Positions 25,433-36,719 of a stretch of 64,000 nt of DNA are shown here, one piece after another; within the stretch, counting starts at the first letter, position 1, and each line of letters begins with the position of its first letter. The translations under genes were made by a program, and so were the position numbers. The notes beneath the pieces were generated by a model. It had not been told where the DNA came from, made no database searches, and saw only the letters and a list, made by a program, of their open reading frames with translations. The DNA lies in sequence record MW812342.1, one strand, 5' to 3'.

Positions 25433-27622
25433 TTACAGGTCACCACGGGCCGTACCGGTGAACGCCGTGAAGACGTTCGCCACCATACGGGCAGGAGGGA
25501 GGTCGAAGAACTTGTTCATGATTGCACCCTGCGAGAAGGCAGACTTCCATGACTGGAACTGCACATTCGCATTCTGCGTGGCTTTCGCCCAACCACTGGT
25601 ACGTTGGTGTAAGGTCGCAGAGCCCAACACTGCCATGAAGTCGGAGAACTTGTTATCGTCATCCCACACGCCGGTATCGGTTACGATAGGCATGTACATG
25701 GTACGCGACATGTCACGAATGGTAACACTGATGTCACACGACAGGGGTACGCCGTCAGTACGCCAACCCAGACCACCAACACCGAAATTCAGACTCACGT
25801 TCGTCACCATGGCGTTACGCATCGAGTAGCGACCTCGAGAGTAGGCTTCCAGATAGAACGGGTGTGTGAACGACTGCTTACCGGTGGCTAATGGGCAGAC
25901 TGCGGCCAGCCAGAAGGCCACAGGGAGAATCAGGTCTTGGAAGACGTCCAAATCTCCCCCCGACCAACAACGACACGGAATGGTGAAGGATATGTCATCA
26001 CCGGAGGTATCCGATGAATCCCACACTTCTGGGAAGTCAATCACCGACGAGTTGTACAGCGACATAATCCCTGACAAATGCAGGAAGTCCAACGCCCCGG
26101 CAAAGGCCGATTTCAACCCGGTGATTAAACCGTCCACACCGTCAATCCCGGTTTTCCCGCCTGCCAGACTCACTTCGAGTGAACGGGCTTTCTGCGTGGC
26201 GGAGTTAACCGTACCCGAAATCTCAGGCTCTTTGGTGGAGTTACTGAACGTACGGGTTGTGGTATCACGGCCGTTAATCTTCCATGTCACCCACTGGGAG
26301 CCGTTACTCAGTTCATCACCGGCCTGCTGCACGACACCGTCGGTAATCTTCGAGAACTCGCCGAACATGGTTCCGAAGGTACTCTTCTCCCCCTCGCGCA
26401 TCCAGTTCTCAATTTTCCCGGTGTCTTTCGCCAACGCTTCTCCATTGTCATCCGCTCCATTGTTGTTCGCCATGGTTTGGGCTTGGAGTTGCTGTTGGGC
26501 AACGTCTGCCGATTTTAAGAACTGTTGCTCACCACCCCCTGCACTGTCTGCGTCTGCAAACTTCGCGGTCATGTTATCCAACACTTGGTCTTCAGTCATG
26601 TCCGGGTTTTCAACCCCTTTATAACCCGCACTGGTACGCGCGAGTTGTTCAAGGGTTGACAGCGAGACTTCAAACGAGGCAGCTTTGTCCAGATACTGGC
26701 GGCTGTACGTCATGGTCTTGTAGAACGACTGAATCTTCGTGGCCATCTCGGCTTCGGTGTTCGAGGTGGCTTTGATTTCTGCAATCGTCTTCGCCTGGAA
26801 GTTCGCAAGGGTCTGGTAACGGTTAATCATTCGATAGATATCGAACTCGCCGTTAGACTTCCAGATATCCGGCAGACCGGCGTAGATGTCTTCCTTGTTC
26901 GCGTTGAAGTTCTTATTTTTGTCTTCGTCGTTTTTCGCTAAGCCAAACGACGCCAAGATATTGGTTGGCACCAGACGACGATAGAGCAGCTGCGTGTTGA
27001 CAATGTTCTGCACTGCACGTAGGTACAGGTGCATGGTCGGCTTCACGTAGTAATACTTCGAAGACTGCTTGTCGAGTACGGCTTTCATGATGCGTGGGGT
27101 AATCAGGATAAGCGCGAACGCGACCGTACCCACGGTGGCCCAGATAGCTGCCGCTGCGGTGTACGACGCCAGTGAACGAATGACGCCCGGATAATCACCC
27201 GTACGGGCAAGATACGCGAGCTTCGAGTCGTACATGTTGGCAAAGAAGGCCGCCACACCGAGGTAGCGTGGCTTACCAAAACGGCAATGCAGATAGAAGG
27301 CGTTCTGCTCAATGGATTCGTAATAGTACGCGCCTAAGCGATACGACCCTTGTGCGGAGAACGACTCAAACCACCGGCGATTACTCTGCGGGCCGGGGGC
27401 TTCTTTGGGAACCGCCAACGCACCGGTAATCGGTGGGTCAGCAAAGAACGTAAATTGGGGTGGTGCATTTAACGCGGCGTTACCGCCCACGGTGGTGTCA
27501 CTGAAGGACAGCAGCGCGTCGGAGTACGTGCGTGTGTTGTAGAAACGGGTATCCCGTGGCAACTTCATACTGCCAAACAATCCGTTCACCCACGTTGTGT
27601 CGTTGAGCGATCGTGTATCCAC
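25433..27622 (-). CDS. Baseplate/tail hub-type virion protein (phiKZ gp182 / SPN3US gp238-like)
   Basis: 729 aa directly downstream of the tape measure gene; N-terminal GGN.A.N.PPQFT.FADP and RFGKP motifs recalled for this family. Confidence 0.75.
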   Translation of the reverse strand: MDTRSLNDTTWVNGLFGSMKLPRDTRFYNTRTYSDALLSFSDTTVGGNAALNAPPQFTFFADPPITGALAVPKEAPGPQSNRRWFESFSAQGSYRLGAYYYESIEQNAFYLHCRFGKPRYLGVAAFFANMYDSKLAYLARTGDYPGVIRSLASYTAAAAIWATVGTVAFALILITPRIMKAVLDKQSSKYYYVKPTMHLYLRAVQNIVNTQLLYRRLVPTNILASFGLAKNDEDKNKNFNANKEDIYAGLPDIWKSNGEFDIYRMINRYQTLANFQAKTIAEIKATSNTEAEMATKIQSFYKTMTYSRQYLDKAASFEVSLSTLEQLARTSAGYKGVENPDMTEDQVLDNMTAKFADADSAGGGEQQFLKSADVAQQQLQAQTMANNNGADDNGEALAKDTGKIENWMREGEKSTFGTMFGEFSKITDGVVQQAGDELSNGSQWVTWKINGRDTTTRTFSNSTKEPEISGTVNSATQKARSLEVSLAGGKTGIDGVDGLITGLKSAFAGALDFLHLSGIMSLYNSSVIDFPEVWDSSDTSGDDISFTIPCRCWSGGDLDVFQDLILPVAFWLAAVCPLATGKQSFTHPFYLEAYSRGRYSMRNAMVTNVSLNFGVGGLGWRTDGVPLSCDISVTIRDMSRTMYMPIVTDTGVWDDDNKFSDFMAVLGSATLHQRTSGWAKATQNANVQFQSWKSAFSQGAIMNKFFDLPPARMVANVFTAFTGTARGDL

Positions 27623-27667
27623 GTTAACCTCACTTATGGAAATGGGGGAGGTTTCCCTCCCCCGTTG

Positions 27668-30600
27668 TTAGCCCGTCTTACGTGAGACGTTCAGACTTGG
27701 GGCCGGTTGTGGGTATGTCTGTGTTCCTTTCGGTGCAGGGCCACTCGGTGGGCTGGACGGCCCCAACGGTGCTCCTGTCTGCATCAGTTTCCGCATGTCC
27801 TCCAGAATCGCTTTGATGTCCTTCGTGACTTGCAGTTGCTGATCGGCAACCGTGGCGTTTGAGAATCCGCCAGCGGCTGGAGACATATCCGAAGACAACG
27901 GTGCTTGACCTCCGCCTCCGGTTTGTGCAGTGCGTTGTGCCGCGCCCGCTTTGACCTTCTCCACATCCTTCGGAGAGAGGCCATCTGCGGCCGCTTGCTT
28001 CGCAACCTCGTCGGCAACGTTTGACATATCGGAACTGCCTGACGCCGTACCACCCGGTAGTGCAGGGCCATTGGACATGGTGGCGACTGCATTGTCTGCG
28101 GCCATCGCCCCTTTTGTCTCTAATGCCCCGTCTCGGCGGTTTTCGTTATCGGAGGGCAGGTTTTGGCCTGCGCCCGCCGCGGTACCTTCCATGGACGGGT
28201 CGTTTGCAGCAGCACCCGAGGAAACCGCAGGACTCGATGACGTCGGTGCATTCGGAGACAACCCACTGATAGCTTGTTTTGTCTTCGACGGGTCAGCCGT
28301 CATTTCGCTCGCGGTTACCGAACCCATACGGCCATTCAGTTCACGAATGACCTCATCCAGCGTACGAAGTCTTCCTTGTTTGGTGTAGAACACACTCTGG
28401 TTCCCAGCCAGCACTTTCCGGGTAACCGGCGGTGCTGCGGTAGCAGGTGCGTTCGGGTTCTTCGCCCATGCTTGCATGAACTGACGTCCACCACCCGGAC
28501 CTAAGAAGTGGTAGAGGTAGGCCACCGCAGGCGGTGGTGCCTTACCACCCAAGTCTTTCTGGGCTTTCATGATGTTATCACGAATGAACTGCACACCCAG
28601 AATGGTGTTCGCGTGTGGGTCGAATTGCCCCCCGGAACTCGCCATCAGCTGTCCCGGAATACCGAACTGTCGTCCATATTGCCCCAGCTGGGAATCCCAA
28701 GTGGAGTTAATGAACTGGAAGAGACCAGCGGCAGACGCATACGGGTTTTTCGCCTTGTAGTTAAACTTCGACTCGGCGTACGCCATCCCCAATGCCACAC
28801 TCGGTGGTACCCCCATGGAACGCGCAACATCAGAAATCATCTGCTTGATGCGCTCCTCACTGTTCAGCGAGCCAATCGGATACTTCTCCGCCAACTGCTT
28901 ATAACTACCCGGTTCCACATCCCCGAGCTTGATACCGACACTGCCCGTGGAAATAGCCGCATAGTTCTTCGCACCCCCCATCGCATCCACAGCTTGGTTG
29001 ATGTCCGTTGGAGTACCGGTGAAGGTACCGCCCCCGAAGTTCCCCGCTGCTTTTGCGGCCTTCTGGTCTTCTGCCGTAAAGAACGTTGACTCACCATCGT
29101 CCTTGGTCTGGTAGAAGCTCGTGTTGGTGTTCTTGTCCGCCCACTTCGCACGTTTGCCCATCGGCTTTTTGTCGTTGAGTAAGTTGCGTACCGCAAGGTC
29201 AGCCTCTTTCGAGAGCACCTTCAAGGTTTCCAGTTCTTTCGAGACAGAACTCGGGTCCATGTTGGGGTCTTGACCAAACGGGTTAATCGCCACTTCCCAG
29301 ACGGACTGACGGATATCCGCTTTCATGTTGTAAGCACGGCTGGTCAGTAAGCCCAGCTCAAACAGATACCCACCGGTCAGTTTCACGTTCAACGGATCGC
29401 CCGTTGGGACGAACCGATGATAGCCACAGACGTAGAACATAAAGGTCGGTAGGAAACGACTGGTGAACCACAGGCGCAGCTTCTCGCTACGGTGTGGGTC
29501 TTTCCATCCCTGAGGTTCGATAACATCCATTGCCTCAGTCCATTTCCCTTTGTACGAAGCATTTTTAATGTCGATGTTCGGCAACACGAAACGTTCCAGC
29601 ATTTTCAGCTGGCCCACAATCGCGGGGTCGAGTTCCTTCAAACCGTACGTTTTGAAACGAATCGATTCGAGGGCATCCACATCTTTCTGATTCAAGACCG
29701 CAAACTGATCGACCTGAATCTGAATCTGCTCCGTACCGTCCTCCCACCCGTTTGGACGTGGGGCGTTCTCACGGGTCTCTTTGTCAGTGGCTGCAAGTGC
29801 GGTGAAGGCTTCTTTCACACCCGACTCTTCAATCCCACGGGCTTCCATTGCGCCTTTGTTGAACTTCCGGTTCTTCTTGTCTTCCATACGGCGGTTAATG
29901 CCACGGAGCACATCTTCCTGAATGTCCATGACATCGTCGGCGTCGAGTAAGTCAGGCGAGGTGAAAGTCACCGCGTCCTTGAACTTCTGCCACAAACTCC
30001 GGTCAATGTTACGAGGGTCGGTCAGCGCACGCAGATGTGGGGCATCTTTGGTGAGCTGGACTTTGTTGAAGATGGACTTCATCTCGTCTTTACTGACTTT
30101 GTTTGCGTTACCGACATCGGCTAACTGGATATCCCGCTCTTGACTGTAGAGCGCAGACAACCAACGCAGGTAAATCGGAATGAAACGCTGGAGCATCATC
30201 GCTTGGAAGGCGAGCATTCCGGACTTGTCGTCCTCAGCCACACCAAATCCAACGGCTAACTCCTGCACCTCTTTCCCGCCTAAACCGCGACAAGTGGCTT
30301 GTCCCGTTTCGTTGAAGCTCACGTACTGCTTCAATTGCTTCTCAAGGTAGCGTGCTTTGGCACCGTCATCCGACGACCACTTATCGTAGTCTTGGAAACC
30401 GTACTGCGCCAGACGTAAGGTGTCGAGGTATTCCGTGTAGGTTGTGGTGGCAATCTTAAAGGCAGCCCATGTCAGGCCGACTACTGCACCCACAGCCAGA
30501 ATCACTGGCCAACCCACCGCGGTGACCACCGCACCCGCTGCGGTTGCAACCGGCATGATAAGTCCACGCATTGCGGCACCCCCGAGCATACGGGCACCCC

Positions 30601-33600
30601 CTTTCGCTAACCACCACGCACCCTGACCCAACAGCTTCGCCGGTTTCATAATGCCCCATTTTGCAATGGTGCCCATGACCGATGCCACTGTCCCCAGAAT
30701 GCTCACCAATGGCCCAATGACCGGAATGGACTTGAACAGATCCATCACGCCTTTGACTTTTCCACCGGAGCGACCACCAGAAGACGCAGCGGCCCCTTCG
30801 TGGTCAGCACGTTTACGGCGGAACCATTGGAGGTAGTCGCGTTTCTCACCCCCCTCTTTGAACTTCATGCGACGCGAGAACTTGGCATACATGCCACGGA
30901 TGAACCCTTCTTGGGCCCCGCTCTCTTCCAGCGACGAACGCATGGTGTTGAACCAGCTTACTTCTTGCAGGTTCACCATCCGATTCATACGGTCTAAAAG
31001 CTTCGACCCGATAGACTGGGCTTTGCCTTTGGCCGCATTGAGCGCCTCTGAACCGGCTTCACCGGCTGCGGAGATATCGTCGTGGATCGCATCTTTGAAC
31101 TTGTTCCGGCTGAACTTGCCTTTACGGTGCAAACGACTGCGATAGAAGTCCGCAGTCTCATCATCACGTCCCGCTAAACGACGTTCAACTTCATAACGGG
31201 TGGCGAGGTCATGTTCAGACTCGCGCATGGAATCACTGAAATGGTTAAAGCGGTCACGTACCCCACCTGCCCAACCCAACAACCCATCGCGTTTACCCCG
31301 GAACCAATCGGACACACTGGCACGGCCGTTACGGAAACGGCGACCCCAACGACGGTTCAGGCGGGCTTTTACCCCACGACCGAAACGTTGTGCGGATTTG
31401 AATGCATCCTTCACACCCTTCCCGCCCCCGGTGCCCTTTTCCATTTCCTCTGTCCAGCCTTCATCCTCTGGTTCCCCCGGCATGCGGCGGTTCAAGAGTT
31501 TGTAGATACGGATAAGGATATGGTTGGTTTTCTTGCCGGTGGTGTTCAGTCCACCGAACAGGGAGTTGTTACTGAAGAAGTCGCCCCCTCCTTTCCCTTT
31601 AAACCAGTTGGCAATCGGGTTGTTGGTTGCCAGATGTTTGAGTCGCCCTGCCCCTTTACGGAGCATGTCCGGGATACCCATCACAAGGTCTTTGCCACGA
31701 GACAACAGACTGCCGACCCGCCCGATGATACGCTGGAGTGGTGATTTGATATCACGCCCCCATTTGTCCACCAGTTTAAAGTCCGGGTTCTGCATCTCTT
31801 GCGCGGTAATAATGTCGTTACCGGCATCGTCCACAATTGGCCCGGTGATATCCTTAACAGAGAAGACCGGGGTCTTTGTGGCTTTGAGCAGGTATTTGCC
31901 TTGGCGCATCAGCATGGACGTCATACGTGGGAAGGTTTCCCCTTTCACGTAGATGTCAGGTGCCGTGGTAAACCACTCTTTGATGCTCTTGGCTTTCGGG
32001 GACAGGCGGTCGAGTACCTTCTTCGGTGCCTCGATAACCTTGCGCAGGAAGCTGCCGGATTTGTGGGACATCGCTTTGAACAGCGACTGGAGTTTCCCGC
32101 CTTTGTAGTAACTGAGTTTCCCTGCTGCTGCTAAATCTGCCGCAGAGAGAATCACGTTACCGGCATTATCGAGAATGTCCATTCCCAACTGAATTTCATC
32201 CAGCGTTTTCGGGTTGTGCAGGTGGTTGCCGTCTTCGCTCAGTTGCCAGTATTCCCCGGCTTCTAAACGCTTCCCTTGCAAGACCACCTTGCCCCGCTCG
32301 TCGTACACATCACGTACGCCCAGCAACCCTTTCCCGAATTCCAGCGCCGAACCAAAGGCACCCGAGATACCGCCTGTCGCCAAACCTTTGAGTTTGGAGA
32401 AGATGCCGGGGCCGTCGCCCGCTGCAAACTTACCCTTCGCCCAACTGCCGAACTTCCCTAAGCGGTCTTTGGCACCCATGACGCCACGCTTGGCCAGATT
32501 GAACCCGCCACTGGCCGTATCGAACAGGATACCGCCCCAACGACGCAACAATCCTGATTCACCGAGGATGATACGACGGCGGCGTGGGCCACCCCCGCGG
32601 GGAGTCGGGCCATCACCATCCCCACCGCCAGTGCCGCCGCCCTCTGGGCCACTTCCCCCTTCCAACGACGCCAGCAGAACCCCTTCTTCATCCATGTTCT
32701 TCACATGTTTGAGGATTTCCTGGACGTAGGTGGTTACGTTCGTGGCACGGATGGCCTCTATAAGCCTGTCAGTCTCCCCTGACGCGTTTTTACGGTCTTG
32801 ACCACCTAACAGGTCGACTAAGTTCGTCTCGGTCTCTCCGTAGAGCACACGCGCCATTTGACGGGCTGTAATCCCGCCACCGTAACGACCTTTACCTCCG
32901 GCCACATCGTTCAGTGCAGAACCGGCAGAAAGTGTGTCTTCTATTCCAGCGTCTTCGCCGAACTTACGACGGATGTAGTCCGCCGTCGCCGAACCGTTTT
33001 GCAGTTTGCGTTGCAGCTCCTGCTCACGCGTCAACGCACGACCGGAACGGGTCTTGCCCATGCGGGTGTCATTGAACATCGTGTACGGGTCAACGAAGTC
33101 TTTATCCACGCCAAAGACATTGTTCTTCTTGTCGTAGTTAAAGATACCGGCATCACGAAGGATACGCTCCCCGTAGATGGTTGCAGCTTGGTCAACGGCT
33201 TCCTGACGGCGTTTGTAATGCACCTGCACCGACGAGATACGATCGTGTAACTCGTTCGACAGACCCCAGTTCTCACCCGCCGTTCCGGCTGCCACATGTT
33301 TCAGGGCATCGACAACCTTACGCGCCGTGGTACCTCCCATGTAACGGTGGAGTTGGGACTGGTCTTTGATAATGGCATCGACATCCATGGACTTGCCGGT
33401 CGCGGCACGCGACTCGATGTAGTCCGCCAGTTGTTGACGCTCTTTAGGTTCAAGCGTCTTCTGCTGGTCGATGTAATCCACAACACTGTTGATGGACTCC
33501 TGCGTTCTCTGACGGCCTTTATCGTCCGCCAATCCTTTACGGACACGGTCGGCTAAATCCCGACGGCTGGTAATGCCGCGGGTCGTCATGTCGTATTCAA

Positions 33601-35056
33601 CATCGGCGTGTTCGCCGTAACCACGACGAATAGATTTGTTGATTTCCGACAGCAAGGCAGGGAGTGATTCTACCACGGTGAGATAGAACTTGCGGTCAAA
33701 CTTCGCGGAGCGGTTCAGGTTCTCGACATTACGTTCGTCGAGAAACACGTTCTCACGTTTCAGCGGATCGACCACACCGAGGGTGTTCCCCATGCGGAAC
33801 AGGTTGGCTAGGAACCCTTCGCTTTCTCCGGCAATCGCAGAGTTCGCAATCGTACCGTCGGTGGCACCACGGGCAAGGAACTTCGCCCGCTCAATCGCGG
33901 ACATCGCCTGCGGATTATCTTCTAACCACGCTTTGGATTTCCCTTGGCCTTTTTCAACCAACGGCCCCAACAGCTTTTTGGCGAGGAACTTGGTTGCCCA
34001 CCCGGTGGCTTTGTCTCGACCGTTCTTCTTACGGGCATCCGGTGACAGGGAGGAACTGTCTTCCATCCCAAAGTCATCTTCAACACCCATCCCCATTATC
34101 GTCTCAAGAATCCCACGTCCGTCAGAGAAAGCACCCGATATTTTCTTCGTAGCTTTCTGACGAATGCTGTCCATGAACCCTTCGGCATATTTCAGGGGGT
34201 TCATCCACTCTGCTGCCTGACGACGAACATGTGCCCAACGAACTTCTGAGAAGTCCTCTTTGGCATAGTCCGGCAGCGCGGTGTTTTTGACGATGGCTTC
34301 AAGAGCCGGGGTATTACGGTCAAACTCGGTTTGTTTGAGTTTGGATAAATCTTGCAACGCAAACAGAGTACGATACTGGAGTTCCAGTTGCTTACGTTCA
34401 ACGTTGAGCAGCACCCCACGGGTTAACGCCGCCGTGGAGTTGGTATCGCGGGCAATACTCAATACCGCATTGAGCATCGCATCGGACTTCATGTCCTTCA
34501 CGCCATCGCGGATGCGATCTTCGGTCGCCTGTTGCTGCGCATCGCGTTGTTCTTGCGCGGTCATTGGGGATTCACCACCCCCACCTTGACCGTTAAAGAC
34601 CTCCGCCATCATGCGGTCTAGACCGGCCTGTTCAGGATCGTATTTACCGCCCTGAATCTCGTCACTGCGTGCCCACTTATCCACACGACGCGTAATGGCA
34701 TCGGGTAAATATTTCTTCATTGTTGGGCCAAGCTGACGGGCTTGGTTCTTAATTACACGCTCTGTCTTGACCAGCTCGTCTTTGGTATGAGCGTAAACAT
34801 CTTTTGCGACCGATTTGGCGTCTTGATAGCCCTTGTACGCATCGGTGGCAGAATCGGGCATACCTTTTAAAATGACCTGGTCGCGTTTGCCTTCTGGCCA
34901 AATAGCTGACAGCGCGGAACGCTTAATCGTGCGACCGGTCTCCAAGATTGGGTTACGTTTTTTGTCTTTGTTCCGAGGCGGCTCGTCAAAGTCATTCCAA
35001 TCAAGATCAAGGTTGTCGAAGTTAAAATCATCGACACCATTTTTCTTTTTTGCCAT
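27668..35056 (-). CDS. Tail tape-measure-like giant protein with lytic transglycosylase domain (phiKZ gp181 / SPN3US gp239-like)
   Basis: About 2460 aa; SLT/lysozyme-like motif ALGMAYAESKFN...SAAGLFQFINSTW near 28330-28860; start 35056 with GGAAGT RBS. Confidence 0.9.
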   Translation of the reverse strand: MAKKKNGVDDFNFDNLDLDWNDFDEPPRNKDKKRNPILETGRTIKRSALSAIWPEGKRDQVILKGMPDSATDAYKGYQDAKSVAKDVYAHTKDELVKTERVIKNQARQLGPTMKKYLPDAITRRVDKWARSDEIQGGKYDPEQAGLDRMMAEVFNGQGGGGESPMTAQEQRDAQQQATEDRIRDGVKDMKSDAMLNAVLSIARDTNSTAALTRGVLLNVERKQLELQYRTLFALQDLSKLKQTEFDRNTPALEAIVKNTALPDYAKEDFSEVRWAHVRRQAAEWMNPLKYAEGFMDSIRQKATKKISGAFSDGRGILETIMGMGVEDDFGMEDSSSLSPDARKKNGRDKATGWATKFLAKKLLGPLVEKGQGKSKAWLEDNPQAMSAIERAKFLARGATDGTIANSAIAGESEGFLANLFRMGNTLGVVDPLKRENVFLDERNVENLNRSAKFDRKFYLTVVESLPALLSEINKSIRRGYGEHADVEYDMTTRGITSRRDLADRVRKGLADDKGRQRTQESINSVVDYIDQQKTLEPKERQQLADYIESRAATGKSMDVDAIIKDQSQLHRYMGGTTARKVVDALKHVAAGTAGENWGLSNELHDRISSVQVHYKRRQEAVDQAATIYGERILRDAGIFNYDKKNNVFGVDKDFVDPYTMFNDTRMGKTRSGRALTREQELQRKLQNGSATADYIRRKFGEDAGIEDTLSAGSALNDVAGGKGRYGGGITARQMARVLYGETETNLVDLLGGQDRKNASGETDRLIEAIRATNVTTYVQEILKHVKNMDEEGVLLASLEGGSGPEGGGTGGGDGDGPTPRGGGPRRRRIILGESGLLRRWGGILFDTASGGFNLAKRGVMGAKDRLGKFGSWAKGKFAAGDGPGIFSKLKGLATGGISGAFGSALEFGKGLLGVRDVYDERGKVVLQGKRLEAGEYWQLSEDGNHLHNPKTLDEIQLGMDILDNAGNVILSAADLAAAGKLSYYKGGKLQSLFKAMSHKSGSFLRKVIEAPKKVLDRLSPKAKSIKEWFTTAPDIYVKGETFPRMTSMLMRQGKYLLKATKTPVFSVKDITGPIVDDAGNDIITAQEMQNPDFKLVDKWGRDIKSPLQRIIGRVGSLLSRGKDLVMGIPDMLRKGAGRLKHLATNNPIANWFKGKGGGDFFSNNSLFGGLNTTGKKTNHILIRIYKLLNRRMPGEPEDEGWTEEMEKGTGGGKGVKDAFKSAQRFGRGVKARLNRRWGRRFRNGRASVSDWFRGKRDGLLGWAGGVRDRFNHFSDSMRESEHDLATRYEVERRLAGRDDETADFYRSRLHRKGKFSRNKFKDAIHDDISAAGEAGSEALNAAKGKAQSIGSKLLDRMNRMVNLQEVSWFNTMRSSLEESGAQEGFIRGMYAKFSRRMKFKEGGEKRDYLQWFRRKRADHEGAAASSGGRSGGKVKGVMDLFKSIPVIGPLVSILGTVASVMGTIAKWGIMKPAKLLGQGAWWLAKGGARMLGGAAMRGLIMPVATAAGAVVTAVGWPVILAVGAVVGLTWAAFKIATTTYTEYLDTLRLAQYGFQDYDKWSSDDGAKARYLEKQLKQYVSFNETGQATCRGLGGKEVQELAVGFGVAEDDKSGMLAFQAMMLQRFIPIYLRWLSALYSQERDIQLADVGNANKVSKDEMKSIFNKVQLTKDAPHLRALTDPRNIDRSLWQKFKDAVTFTSPDLLDADDVMDIQEDVLRGINRRMEDKKNRKFNKGAMEARGIEESGVKEAFTALAATDKETRENAPRPNGWEDGTEQIQIQVDQFAVLNQKDVDALESIRFKTYGLKELDPAIVGQLKMLERFVLPNIDIKNASYKGKWTEAMDVIEPQGWKDPHRSEKLRLWFTSRFLPTFMFYVCGYHRFVPTGDPLNVKLTGGYLFELGLLTSRAYNMKADIRQSVWEVAINPFGQDPNMDPSSVSKELETLKVLSKEADLAVRNLLNDKKPMGKRAKWADKNTNTSFYQTKDDGESTFFTAEDQKAAKAAGNFGGGTFTGTPTDINQAVDAMGGAKNYAAISTGSVGIKLGDVEPGSYKQLAEKYPIGSLNSEERIKQMISDVARSMGVPPSVALGMAYAESKFNYKAKNPYASAAGLFQFINSTWDSQLGQYGRQFGIPGQLMASSGGQFDPHANTILGVQFIRDNIMKAQKDLGGKAPPPAVAYLYHFLGPGGGRQFMQAWAKNPNAPATAAPPVTRKVLAGNQSVFYTKQGRLRTLDEVIRELNGRMGSVTASEMTADPSKTKQAISGLSPNAPTSSSPAVSSGAAANDPSMEGTAAGAGQNLPSDNENRRDGALETKGAMAADNAVATMSNGPALPGGTASGSSDMSNVADEVAKQAAADGLSPKDVEKVKAGAAQRTAQTGGGGQAPLSSDMSPAAGGFSNATVADQQLQVTKDIKAILEDMRKLMQTGAPLGPSSPPSGPAPKGTQTYPQPAPSLNVSRKTG

Positions 35057-35085
35057 TGTATTTACTTCCAATTCAGGAGCTTAAC

Positions 35086-36699
35086 GTGAAGAAGCTAAAC
35101 TGGGTTGACATTTACTTGTTAAACGTCAACAAGTCCCTGGTGTCTCAGCTAAGACAAATTACTACTACCGACACGTTCCAGGGCATGACGAAAAACTTCC
35201 ACCCGGAAGGACTTTACTCAACCGAAATCTTCGGCCTGACAGGTAGCGAGCAACGTGACGCAAGCTGGGCATACATCGATGTTAAATTAGACATCATTTC
35301 TCCGACAGTTTGCTTAGGGCTGTTTGGCCTAAAGAAACTTTATGAGGATATTTGCGCAGGCAAACGCTTTGCGGTATGGAATGAGAAAGAAAAAGATTTT
35401 GAACCGGCCCTGCCCAGTGATAAAGGCGCAGACACCGGTTATAATTTCTTCTTGTCCCACTACAAGGAACTGGCCCCCGCCCGTAACGACTCGTTACGCC
35501 GTGACGACTCACTCGACTTCTTCTTCAAATTCCGCGACGTCAGCCTCAGCCGCTATGTGCTGGTTCTGCCCGCAGGTCTGCGTGACCTGATTGTGCGCGA
35601 AGACGGCCGTGACCAAGAAGAAGAAATTGGGGGGATGTATCGCCGACTCATTTCGTTGGCGCGTGCAGTGCCTGACCGCAACGTCCGTACCGAATTGACT
35701 GACCCGGTTCGCTGGAAACTCCAACAAGCGTACAACGACATCTGGATGTACTTCTTTAACATCCTCGATGGGAAAGGCGGCTTTGCGCGACGCAAGGTCA
35801 CCTCTCGTAAGTTGCAGAACGGCACACGTAACGTGTTGTCCTCGTTCTCGACCGGGTCGAAGGTCATGGGTCGTGAAGACCAAGTGCGTGCCACAGACAC
35901 CCGTATCGGTTTGTACCAAGGTTTGAAATCACTCTTGCCGGTGGCGCAGTATAACATTCGCGAACGTTATCTGTCCCAAATCCGTGCCGGTGATGGCAAC
36001 CTGTATGGCATCAACACCAAAACGCTCAAACGCGAACTCCTCGAAGTGCGCGGGAAGGTCTATGACCTGTTTACCACCGATGACGGTATTGAGCGATTGA
36101 TTAACCGACTGGAAGTGACTGAGGCGCGCCACCAACCGTTGATGATTGACAAAGACCACTACGTTGCGCTGATTTATCAGGACAACAAACACTTCAAAGT
36201 GTTCTTCGACATCAACGATTTGCCAGAAGCCTTCGACCGTAAAAACGTTCGGGGCATCAGTTTAGGTGAACTGCTATACCTGTCAGGGTATGACCTCTGG
36301 AATGACTACTTCATGTTCGTGACGCGCTACCCGATTATCGGGCGCGGTTCGACGTACTCCTCGACCATAAGATTGGAGACCACCATCTCTTCCCTCTATA
36401 TTCACGAGCTGGAAGACGACTGGTTAACGCCCAAGAAGAAAGGGGCAATCTCCTTCCCCGACAACCGCGTTGCGACGTGGGTCGAATCTATGGCACCACA
36501 CCCTTCACGACTGAAAGGGTTGAACGGGGACTACGACGGCGATATGGGTTCAGGCAACGTGCCGTTCTCAATTGAAGCATTAGAGGAAAACCGTCGTTGG
36601 GTAAACTCCAAGAACTACTGGTTCTCGACGGATGGCAGTTTTAAAGTGCAGCCTATAAATGACGTGATAGAACGGTCGATTAACGCGCTGTTATTGTAA
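35086..36699 (+). CDS. rpoC: Virion RNA polymerase beta-prime subunit, catalytic part (phiKZ gp180 / SPN3US gp240-like)
   Basis: Catalytic NGDYDGD at 36523-36543; FHPEGLYSTEIFG, VLPAGLRD, GKGGFAR, RNV, TRYP motifs; GTG 35086 after AGGAG. Confidence 0.92.
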   Translation: MKKLNWVDIYLLNVNKSLVSQLRQITTTDTFQGMTKNFHPEGLYSTEIFGLTGSEQRDASWAYIDVKLDIISPTVCLGLFGLKKLYEDICAGKRFAVWNEKEKDFEPALPSDKGADTGYNFFLSHYKELAPARNDSLRRDDSLDFFFKFRDVSLSRYVLVLPAGLRDLIVREDGRDQEEEIGGMYRRLISLARAVPDRNVRTELTDPVRWKLQQAYNDIWMYFFNILDGKGGFARRKVTSRKLQNGTRNVLSSFSTGSKVMGREDQVRATDTRIGLYQGLKSLLPVAQYNIRERYLSQIRAGDGNLYGINTKTLKRELLEVRGKVYDLFTTDDGIERLINRLEVTEARHQPLMIDKDHYVALIYQDNKHFKVFFDINDLPEAFDRKNVRGISLGELLYLSGYDLWNDYFMFVTRYPIIGRGSTYSSTIRLETTISSLYIHELEDDWLTPKKKGAISFPDNRVATWVESMAPHPSRLKGLNGDYDGDMGSGNVPFSIEALEENRRWVNSKNYWFSTDGSFKVQPINDVIERSINALLL

Positions 36700-36719
36700 C
36701 GTCTCTTTAAGGACTACCA

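Noticed and set aside
32570-32660. Gly/Pro/Arg-rich stretch in the tape measure gene as a separate element or frameshift site
   Set aside because: In-frame low-complexity linker (EGGSGPEGGGTGGGDGDGPTPRGGGPRRRR) with no slippery heptamer plus downstream structure or alternative supported ORF.
35050-35085. ORF-track starts 35071 (minus) and 35050 (plus) making the tape measure and beta-prime genes overlap
   Set aside because: RBS positions support ATG 35056 and GTG 35086, which removes the overlap.
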